A stretch of 64,000 nucleotides of DNA from the NCBI GenBank assembly GCA_951804945.1, contig OX638150.1, positions 79,546,001-79,610,000 on the forward strand. The letters run 5' to 3'. The stretch comes from Podarcis cretensis (lineage: Eukaryota). Every line of letters begins with the position of its first letter. Position 1 is the first letter of the stretch. Shown piece by piece: positions 53,376 to 64,000 of this stretch. A program made the translations under genes and the position numbers. Below the pieces are notes generated by a model. It saw nothing but the letters and a program-made list of their open reading frames with translations, was not told the DNA's origin and ran no database searches.

Positions 53376-54884
53376 CATTAGGTGTTTAGGTGGGCCAATA
53401 AACTGCTTGAATCCCAGGAAGAAGGCTCTTGGGGTGGATGTTCCCCACCTTCAGGAGATAGGTTGGGGAATGGGGTTGCTCTCCCTTGGAAGCACCCCAT
53501 GAGCAACGTTTCTGCTGCCAGATTCTGAGTCCAGACCCATTCCATCACAAAGAGTGAATACTCCTTAACTACCACAGAGTTTGGAGCACTTAAAAAGCAG
53601 CATTTAATTAAAAGCATTGGAGAACGTGGTGTTCAAAAAGCAAATTGCACAATATTGTTTCTTAATTGTTCCTAATATATTGGCTGAAAGTGGAGCAGGA
53701 AATTTTTTGTACATTGCTGTCAATTCCAAAACAGCCGGAGTTGTTCTCTCCCCCCCCCCACTCCCCACCATTGGCGTGGTTTGAACACAGGCCTAAGCCC
53801 CTGCTTTTTAAAAACAGCACAGGAATGGACCGTGATCAGACAAACCATGCCTTGTTTCTGCAAAGTCTGTTTTATTTTTCTAAATGTTCTTGTCACATAC
53901 CTTTGTAGCTCAATAAAATCTGCGTAGGTGTGGCCATGATTAAAGACAAGTGCTGGGTTTGCTCATAACTCCATGTCATAGTTAAAATAAATCAAAATTT
54001 GTAAGCCAACAACAAACCGTGGCTTCAGATTTTTAAGGTACTGGGCAATGTTAACACATGACCCAAAGGCACGGTCCAACCATGGATTCGCATTAAGTGT
54101 GAACCAGCTGTGCTGCGACTGAAGAACATTTAAGAGCTTGTGAGAGGAAGAGACAAATTTGCTAGTATTCCCTCCATTATCCATTAGAGGGCAGTAGAGC
54201 AAAACAGCTTGTCTAACAGCTGTTCAAACTACAAGCAAACAGAATTTTATGCAGTATTTAATTAACACTTACTCTTTGGTTCTGCTAGTATAGAGCTGCA
54301 CTGTATTGTATGTTGCATTTGGCTTTTAGTACCATGCTCCACCGAGGACATGACAAAATATGAACAACAGCACCGACAGAAGAACATCCAGAACTGATTT
54401 ATTAACAAGTGTCATTCATATTCAGCTCAGTGAGTGGAAAGTTGAAGCAACAGAAGGGCAATATGGCCCCAGAAGGATTAGGAAGTTTCACAGTCGGCCC
54501 AGCAATTGCTGGCAGAAATCAGCCATGTTCTCCAAATCATTCTCCCTTCATTACACTCTGCGCTTCATAGGGTGACATCCAACTGATTCATGGCATCCAC
54601 TTCTCTCACCAGATGTAAGCATCACACAGATTAGAGGTATATTGAATGAAAGATGCAGCTATTTCCTAATGCCCACATTCTGTTGCATTTATTCCAAATT
54701 GAAAGAGTCCAATGCCTGCAAGTTCATGAGAAGCTGATGGCGGGCTTTTTGTTTCAATGGTTTTTTTGTTGAGTACTTGGGAGTATATATGATTGAATAT
54801 AGCAGTTTGGGAAATCTTGGGAGCCTTAGTCTGGGGTGCTGCCACATGATGCCCCTAGCTTAGATGGCTTTAAAATGTGATGAA

Positions 54885-55075
54885 ACACATCACAGATGGA
54901 AGGGACCTGAGGGTCATCTAGTCCAGCCCCTGCAATGCAGGAATCTCAACTAAAGCATCCATGACAGATGGCCATCTAATATCTGCTTAAAACCCTCCAA
55001 GGAGAGTCTACAACCTCCTGAGGGAGACCGTTTCACTGTTGAACAGCTCTTACTGGCAGAAATTTCTTCCTAATC
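54885..55075 (-). mobile_element. CR1 LINE 3' fragment; related piece at ~37165-37222
   Basis: GGAAGGGACC..GGGTCATCTAGTCCA.CCCCTGCAATGCAGG...ACTGT.GAACAGCTCTTACT. Confidence 0.65.
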
Positions 55076-55695
55076 GCACAATGAGTTGGTGCCAACAGGA
55101 CTCTACCCAAACCGAGAAACTAGGCAATATTGATATGGTCAAGAATCCCAAGGTTTAGAATAGGTGACACCAACATGGTGCCCATGGGCCTTCCCTGGCG
55201 CCAGAAGGCTTCTGTCTCCTCCAAGCTGAACTTTGGCCAATGGTTGCAAGGTGTGTTTTTGTGTTTGTGTGTTGCCTATGAGTTTCTCATTTGAAACTAT
55301 AAGCAGATGTCCCTAAAGGGTAGCAACCCCCGGTTTAGAGAAATACAAATAGCTCAGTGCTGACAGAATGCCAAATCCGTTGAGGGAAATAAAAAAATGA
55401 AGGGGCAGGGGAGAGAATGCGTGTCCTAGAAAAGGGCATAGGTAGCTGGCACTCTGGACAAGGAAATTCCACACTGTAACATTCTGTTTGTGATTAATCA
55501 CTATTGACAAATGAAACCTGCAAAGACAAGACTGACCTTTCAGATTCAGATGTAGCAGGCCAGTAAATACCAGTTGCTGAAGGGTGAGAAAGTACTAATG
55601 CCATCAGGCTGTTTGGGGGAACATCTGTTAGAAGCAAAATATGCTTGTCTAGATGGATTCTTGGTCTGAGGCAGCAGAACTTTCATTATGAGGTT

Positions 55696-56253
55696 ACTAG
55701 CAGGGAGTGCCCAGCAATGTCTGGGAATTTTTGAAAATCAAAAAATATGATTTTAAAATGGATAGTGTAATTTGTGAGTCATGTCAAAAATCAGGCGAAG
55801 TCCACCATCTTGAATCAAAATGACATTGGCACCCAAACAATAATGAAGACCTTGAGAACTTTCATGCCATGTTTGGTGATAATATCTCAGGAGATGGCCA
55901 ATAAACAGGCATAGCTAACCCCAAGTCACATTTTAGTCTGCCATCTTGATTCAAAATGGTGCCTGGCACCCAACCATCGACACAGATTCCCATGCCAGGA
56001 ACCCTTGTGCCAAGTTTGGCAACATTAGCTCATGAGGTAGCCAAACTCAAGCTAAAAAATTGGCAAAGTCACACCAAAGTGATGTTTTGGTACACTGTCT
56101 TGATTCAAAATGGCACCCAGCATCTAAATTTTGACAAGGACTGCCATCCCCACCTTGGGAATCCTTGTGTCGAGTTTGGTTATGATATTTCAAGAGGTGT
56201 CCGGTTGTATAGAAAACAAATGGACAAACCACTTTCCAAAATATATAGTAGAT
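55696..56253. mobile_element. Putative non-autonomous Helitron/Helentron-type element with three ~140-155 bp internal repeats
   Basis: Starts ACTAG plus hairpin CCCAG...CTGGG; three TCTTGA(A/T)TCAAAATG...GTTTGG units; ends TATATAGTAGAT. Confidence 0.5.
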
Positions 56254-57466
56254 AACGGAACAGTTCCTAGACCTTCTATTCTTTAGCATATTTTGGATGC
56301 TTAATTGCTGTTTTTTTGAACAATAAAATTGTGAGAGAATCTTGCTGTTGACCAGTTCTGAGTATACTGATAACCATCTGCTTAATCTGCGCTTGGAGGT
56401 GGCAGCTGACTATGAACGTGGCAAGCAGCTGAGCCATAGTGAAGCCTACTCCCACTGTAGCTATAGCAATCTAGCTTCAGATGCAGGGACATTTGGGATA
56501 TTGTTTCCAATAATAATTTCCTGCAGATCTACAAAAATGGGCCCTGCTCCAAAAAAACAGCACAAATCAAATGCCAAGCCATGTGAATATATATCCAACT
56601 GTAGGTACACACGTTTAGGTTTCAGCAACTGTGGACAGGCCAACTTCTCAGATTATAAAAGTTGCTGCTTTAGCATCTCAGAATACTGGCTTTTCAATCT
56701 CAACAGTGTAACTGCCCCATTTGTTCAAAATTCTACTTGGACCTTGCACGGTTGGTTGGTTGGTTGGTTGGTTGGTTGGTTGGTTGATTTATAAAAATAC
56801 AAAACCCACACCTATGACTCTCCTGCTTTTCTAGATTCTTGAGTCCAGCCACCAAGTGGACTTTTGAACAGATATACATGCACATGCACACCACTCAGTC
56901 ACATTCTGATCAACATACTTATTTTATTCACTCCTTTTCCCAAGTGCCCTTAAGATCTGATCTACACCTGCTGAAGAATGAGCACTCAGCACTCAGGTTA
57001 CAATTGTGGGGTGTCCCCCTTCCAAAATGTAGCACCTAGAGGAGAAGATTCTTAAGTCTTAAAAATACGAACAGTTCCTAACGAAGTAGCACAGTCCTCT
57101 CTACCATCTCATTTCTACTTCTCTGTTACAGATGTAAAATAGGGTTAAGTCGCTGGAATATTCAGCCAAGCAAATGGGAAGGGAACATGTCAGTTCAATG
57201 AAGCTTGAACCCTCTGTGCCAAAGAGGTACAGAAGTGTCAGCAGCTGCACTGCATTTAAAAGATCTCCATTTAAGCTCCTTCTGGTGAGCTTAAAGTTGG
57301 GGTGAAAATTGAGAAAACTACTTTTCTGGGGGAGGGGGAGCAAATCTGCTGTTTCTGTTCAATACCTATTTTGCTTTAGGTGCTGAGTGAACAGTGACAC
57401 TGTGGTTATATGCAGTTAATGAAAACCCACACACACACACACACACAAATTAGCCAAATGCTCATT

Positions 57467-57472
57467 TTTATT
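57467..57472 (-). terminator. Candidate polyadenylation signal of a convergent minus-strand gene
   Basis: Minus strand reads TGTAATGTGTAT-AATAAA-AATGAGCATTTGGCTAATT-(TG)n: upstream UGUA motifs, hexamer, then a GU-rich element ~20 nt downstream. Confidence 0.55.
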
Positions 57473-60400
57473 ATACACATTACAATGCATTTGCTACAGA
57501 CTTTGCTAAAATTTACAAAAAAAGTAGGTTTCATAGTTTTTAAAAATAAACTTTTTTTTCTTATAAATTCATAAATAGGTGACAATAAAACGTCAAAATT
57601 GACTATTGTACGCAAGCTTTGTTCCCTTGCCATCTTGCATTCCACCCCACCTGGTAAACACTGTGCTAGGAAAAGCAAGACAGTTGCCGGTGATCAGAAA
57701 GATGGGCTCTAGGCCTGTTCCCAGAAACCTTGATTATTACAAGCAATAAAACTTATTAAAAAATGCAGAACACTTCAGTTTACACCGGAGTTCTTCAAAC
57801 CTTTTAAAGTCCTTTTTGGAATGAAGTGAATGAATTCAATATGAATCAGAACTTTCTCCCCACTATGTATGTAAGCCAGGCCTTTTTTATGGCTAGTGGA
57901 AGCTGCATGTCCCTGGGACATGAGATTTTTTTTTTTTAACCACACACCAACATCTGAGGCACTATTACAGAATAGGAAATGCCACTGACAACACAGAGCA
58001 CATGAGGAACCTCCAAAGACCGTGTCAGTATTCATCACTAAATATTTCCCTAAAAACCACTTTCAAAAGTAGTGCAGGCATTATCTCTATCACATTCCAG
58101 ACTGTGCCAACACCACAATCGCAGACTTGCATTTCCATCCCCATCCCTAATACCTGAATTTATAGCCTTGTGCTATCTTTCTACAGATTCTCAGGCTTAG
58201 TTGCCAAAAGCAACTAAGTGTGATAGACACACACACACAAGACAAATTTCGCTGCACTTAATAGGTATTGACACATCTCTGTATCTGCCCCCATGGATGG
58301 GCAAACAGCTGCAGGAAGGGCATGCTTCTGAGCAGAGATGGGAGAAAGAAAAGGTTTAACTTGTCCTTCCCTACTACTGCCCAAATCACTGTAAGTTATT
58401 TTAGTCGGTGTATGTAAACTGAACTAGAGATAGTATTTGGATTAACCTGCTCACATCAAAGTACTGATTCTCATAAAGATATGCAATTTCGGTACAGAAG
58501 AAGTTGTCCTTAAATCCCATTAATCTCAGCAGGACTTAAAGAGCTGCGGCCCAATACATATCACTTACTCCCCCCTGGCTATAAAAGCAATCCCAATCAT
58601 GTATGCTTAGTAGGATCAATTGATTTCTCTGGTACTTATTCCCCAATACACATGTGTAGGATTGTAATCTTAGGCAGATTAGGGGCACTATGTTCTTCTA
58701 TTACATCTCTTGTATCACTATGGATGGGGACTGGAGAACACACATCACAATGCAGTTGTACAAATAGAGCTAATTTGCACGTGGGTCCCAATGAAGTAAA
58801 ACTGTGTATGGAAGGCTGTACATGCATGCATGTCTTTCCTGTGAGATCTAAAATTTTGGGAAGGTAGGGAATAGTTCTCTAAAACGTCCACTCCCGGCCC
58901 CCCGCCCCAGGCAGAGAGCTTAAAAACAAAAACAAAAACTTCCCTACAGTTTTGTATACCACAGTACAAGCAACCAGATTTCATAAACTGCAAAATTATT
59001 AGCATCGCAATAAGAGTACTGTGACCAACAGCAATATATTAAGAGCATGCACGTGTCTCACTCATGCACTTTTTATTTTCTCAAAATACAATCAAAGCAG
59101 CTAAGATAGTGTATAAGCACCATAGGCAAACATAGTATCAAACCATTCCAGATTGTCTATTTACTATACCCTGTAAATTTATTTCCTAGTTGTACAAATT
59201 AGAAGGGATTCAGGATCGCTGTGCAGTGAGGTAGAGAGCTTACACACTGGTCCTAAATATAGAGAGGTCCCATTCCATGTTATTTCCTGGTACCCAAATT
59301 TGGAACCAAGGGGAAAGTTTTCATCCACTAAAATCACACCCATAATACCCAGCATGTTTTCCTTACACTTCTCAAGTTCCAGGTTTTCCACACTTCTGAC
59401 AGCTCTGCCCATCTGAGCAATTCAAAAGTTGCCATCACCAAGTCCTTAATTCTGATGCTGCCACCTCCCTGTTTATTTTAAAAGTTGAGAATAAAAGTGC
59501 AAAGCAGAGCCATGACCGTTAACAGGGCCAGAAAAACGTCAGGGAGGAGCAGGAAGAGGGATGGAAAGGAAAGCAAACACAGATGTGAGAGCAAGGCAGA
59601 AGGCATTTACTTCTGCTGTCGCTGCCTGGATGATCGGTTTTAAAAGTAGGGAAAGAGGATTCAGAGAAACTGGTGCTTTATCTGGTATGACTCACCGTTT
59701 TGTTCTGAAGCAAAGGTTGTATTTATTTAGACCACCAGGGTGACTTTGCACATTTGAAAAAGAAAACAGAATGGAAGAGAAAGTAGGAACAGCTCTGCCA
59801 ATTCCTCTACCTCCTCTTTCCATGAGAAATGTGCAAGTTCCTCCTTCAACATTACAGAGTTAGTGAAAAGAGTAAAAAGTGTGACGTCTCTTCCTACACT
59901 TTTAGGTAATATACAAAATCACTCTGGCTGGATGACTGATTGTATGTGTGATGTATTACCCACTATGGTGGCCGATATTTGCTGCCATGTACATTCTGTT
60001 AGCGCACCAGTACAAATGTTTGTCAGGACAAGCATTTCTGCTTGCCCAGTGGAACAATTTCCCCTCTTCTCTTCCCATACACTGTCCTGGGGTTCTCCCA
60101 ACCCACACAGGGCAAACTGAGAGGGAACAGGGAGGAGGAGACAGGGGAAAGCCCTTTTGTGGGGGTTCCACTAGTGGGACCAAATAGTTGAATCTGGCCT
60201 TTTGCTTTTAAATGTATTGTAGGTCACTTGGAGACCTTTGTGTGTGTCTAATAAAGAATAATCCAATCTCGTACTGGGTCAATGATAAACATAACTAGGT
60301 GCAAATATCTATATATATGTCCAACATTACCTAATTTCAGATGTTTTGAAAAAACACAAAAGGAAGGCACTGTACTAAATTCACATCTTAGATTAACAAA

Positions 60401-63400
60401 TATTTGCATAGATTATGCTTTAAGATGGAAATTGTCAATAGGTTAGTAAGGCGGGCATCTAAAAAAAAAAAAAGAAGCTATGCCATTTGGAAAATATTTT
60501 TGTGGACAAGTACTATGCTTATAAAAATGGTGAAATCCATAGTACTTATAAACTATATTTTTCTTGTTGTATAGCAAAATTTATATTTAATCTTGCAAGC
60601 CAGTAAAGGAAGAAAAAAAAGAACAACTACAAATAATAGTATTTTAAGGCTGATAGCTATTGCTATAAACAGAAAAGTTTTCAAAACTATGAGCTACTCT
60701 TTAAAAGTCCAGATTATGTTCCAACTACCAGGAAACAGTTTTCAGAGATTTAGGCCATAAACTCTCCTCACAGGCTACATAATCACACATTTAATGTACT
60801 CCCTTCTAATGCAAGATTTAATGTACTCCCTTCTAATGAAAGACTTCCAAGTTAATTTGGACACAAATAGAATTCTATTTTAGTAAGTGTTTGTACTTTA
60901 TTTTGAAAAAGCTCTGCTACAAAAAGAATCCAATTATAAATGGTAAAAAGCATGTCTGGTGCCATCAACTGTGAAAGGTACATATGTGCTTAACTGGCCA
61001 GGCAGGTTTAGTACCAGCATTTTTTGTGCAGAAAACATGCCACAAAACACGTTTTCTGTGTAACAAATGTGGCACATCTGAAGCACCCAAACCCTAATTG
61101 AGAATTGTCTTTAGTACAAATGATTATCTATTTAGTACCAGCATCAGAATCTTGTGTGTGCTCTATGTGCTGCTTCTAGCGATATCTGTGAAATCTGCCT
61201 ATGCATCTACATTCTATGCTAAACTGATTTTGTGTCTTTAGCATGCATCCGATCTAGCAATGTTGAATGATACAAGACAACTTTATTCATCTAAGGAAGT
61301 TGTACAATATTTTGAAAGAAAAAAATGGATTTAGGGCAAAGCAATTTGCAACTTATTTTTATATAACCTCTGACTGAACCAGACAAACTCCACAGATCAT
61401 CTGCATGGTAGCTGAGGGCCAATGCACATGATCGGGGCCAGTGGCAAAACAACCAGAAGACTACTCCTCCGCTACCACTGCTAAAATAAAATGTGACTTA
61501 GCCCTGAGTCTTGAGGGAAAGAAAAGAAATCCTAGGAAGAAAAATGCATTTATTTGTAGCAAAGAATTCTTGTTTCCCAGTGTCCAAGATGGCTGATTCT
61601 TTTCTATATTGTACTGGGAAGCTTCTTTTGAGAGATGCATTTTCTGATTAAAAGATTTCCTACACAATAAACCTGTGGGAACCAGCTACTGGTTGTACTA
61701 AAAAGACTGAGGAAAAACAAAGTGCTTAGTTTCTTTCCAGTGATAAGAGACTGCTTTGAATGTTTTCTCACCAAGTTCCCCCATTAAAAGACCAGACCCA
61801 ATAGTCTAGGGATACAATCCTGAATTCTACCCTGCAGTACATTCTGCCGTCTTCCATAGGAGAGACCCCTAGGACAACTAGCACTACATGCCACTTGAGT
61901 ACGAGACAAGGTCATATTGCCTCTGTATATGGATGCATATCTGTTCCCGCCTTCCCAACCACAGATAAGCCCCTATTACACATTCACCAATCCCCAAGTA
62001 GTCATTACCACCAACTCCACCATCTCCTGATAGGGCATCAGGTTTAAGCACTCTAGGAAGGGAGGGATCACACACAAAGAGTAGCTACTTAGCCATCCCA
62101 TCTGCTGCAACCTCATTACCACTTTTTCAATGAAACACTCGCAAGAACACACCGATCCACAGTGATACAGGTGGCTTTGGCAGCTGCCAGTTGCTTGCAC
62201 TATTCTGTTAACAGCTCATGCCCTTTTACTAGGCACTGGCTCCAAAGGGTGTCAGAACACTCTGTAAATACCAGATAGGTTCATATTACTCTTTAAAGTT
62301 AGGTCTCAAATTTACCTATGTTAGTGAAGAAGCAACAAGCATTTGTTCATAACAAAAGCCAGCCCCTTCACAATGTTTGGTGAGCTACAGTACAGTACAA
62401 TCTTATCTGTGTGACTGGCCTGGAGAAAGAACTCAACTTGTAGCAAATTCAGGGCTATTCAAGGCTACAAGAGTAGGCTCACAAGGAACCCAATTTGGAA
62501 AAAGATCCATTGTATTCTGTTCATTCACTCTCAGGCGACATCAGAATACAGAATGTCAGACAACACTAGCAGCTGAGTTCTGTGTATTCTCAACATACTT
62601 GCTATAAAATGTGCATAGATCGGAGGCAGCAGGTCGATTCTGAAACGTTTGGTGGTCCCAGAATAATGTCTTGAACTGGGAGCTTGTGACTACAATCTTG
62701 TGAGCAGAGTCTAACAGGATCCTGTTCACTTAAACCCTGGAAATCTTATACAGATCACACCCAGAATTTAGATTTAAGGATCAATTTCTAAAATCACCAC
62801 CGTCATCATCATCATCGTGGGAGCACCATCATGTCAGAATCCAGCCAAAGTGATCCTAAAGATGTAATGGCATCAGTTCATCAAAGAGTTAGCTGGAGGA
62901 GACCCTTACAGCCCTCAGCTGATTTGAGACCTGGCTATGATGTAAACTTTCCTGCACAACACAGGCACATCAGTTTAGGGCTTGGCCTAAAGGGGATGGA
63001 TCCAAGCCCACTAGGCACAGTTGCTAATCAGCTTCTATTCATTTCAATTATGCAACCAAAGTGCCTGGAGGACTGTACTCACAGTGTAGAAACATTTGTT
63101 TGATACCAACAATTAGTTAAGGTAATCACTGGAGTTTTCTGTAACTCCCAAATACAGTGATTAGTTACTGCTGGGCAATCAGTGCTTTTTAAATTTCTGG
63201 ATGCAGTGGACCTGACGTCTCCTGGTATGAAGTCCTATTTAGAAGCAAAACTTATTTGTCACACCTCACACTGCATTTCTATGTAAAACGTAGTTGTGAA
63301 AACTATCCCTAACAGAAAGTAAGGCCTCTTTATTTATTATATCTAACACACTTGATAGAACACAAAGCCACTGCTCTCAAAACTACAAGCAAAAACACAA

Positions 63401-64000
63401 CAGAACCCATTTTGGGTCCATCTTTGATCGGAAACAGTGGGATGAACTTTTTAATTAAACAAATTTTACAGTCAGTTACTTTGTATGACAAAAACCGAAA
63501 CAGACAGAAGGTGCCATATTTTTTATAGCTATGGGTGGATTTTCTGATTAATCATATCGATTTCTAAAAATGATCTGAGATACCAAACTTATCCAGGTCT
63601 TCTCTCTTTAATGCTAATTGAAATAATCATAAATTGATGTTTTTTTTTAATTATTCTGAATTTACAATATGCATTTTCCTAACAGAATCAGGGACTTCTG
63701 AGTGTCCAGGTGCAGGGACCTGCTTTTCAGAGACTTTGTCCTTTGCCCTGAATTGAAGGCCTTTTAATAGGTACAATACATTAAGCACTGAAAAGCTGGC
63801 TTAACAGCTTGCAGATACTTTAGAGTTGAATCCAAAGAAAAGTGCACTGAAAGTTTACTTTCCACCCCCTCTTTCTTCTGACAGCCCCCCAGTCCCTGTT
63901 GTATGGAGTGGGATGTATCACGGGGGTGGGGGGAGAAAACTGAGAGGAAAGAGGAGATCCCTGAAAAACAGGTGGAGACACCTTCTGCAAGTGGGAAAGT

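Noticed and set aside
53089-53502. 137-aa ORF with poly-Asn
   Set aside because: Chimera of hAT end, L2 relic and (AAT)n microsatellite.
55800-56240. Repeat-spacer-like periodicity resembling CRISPR
   Set aside because: Eukaryotic DNA; the units are long, degenerate and homologous along their length; no cas genes.
60789-60843. 27-bp tandem duplication (similar short ones at ~15838-15873 and ~30768-30800)
   Set aside because: Ordinary slippage duplications with no further structure.
51231-64000. RAB43, expected downstream from human synteny
   Set aside because: No Rab GTPase motifs (GxxxxGKT, WDTAGQE, NKxD) seen in the ORF track or by eye, and no further CpG island in the window.

Overview
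Vertebrate genomic DNA from a squamate reptile, probably a lacertid lizard (Sauria SINE, squamate Penelope, hAT and Tigger-like MITEs). Three spliced protein-coding genes lie in tandem on the + strand, each with its own CpG-island promoter. CNBP has a non-coding exon 1 at ~7.8-8.0 kb and 4 coding exons from 12782 to ~14353, with the stop codon hidden in a 213-N gap. ISY1 has 11 coding exons, 20914-33486, 282 aa. An HDHD5/CECR5-like HAD-IIA hydrolase has 8 exons, 36480-51230, 454 aa; it is probably a paralogue absent from the human CNBP-ISY1-RAB43 block. The last ~6.5 kb looks like the long 3'UTR of an unidentified convergent minus-strand gene. Best observations: (1) a complete minimal hammerhead-ribozyme fold, carried by a Penelope fragment nested in a MITE, in sense orientation in ISY1 intron 4; (2) a U12-type (minor spliceosome) intron in the HDHD5-like gene; (3) a retained non-canonical TG tandem acceptor in CNBP intron 3; (4) a GCC-repeat/polyAla overlapping uORF and a phase-compatible ISY1-HDHD5L read-through route. 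Exon boundaries were read by eye and checked for frame. Comparisons with human sequences and repeat families are from memory, not from a search. I found no wholly new multi-gene system.
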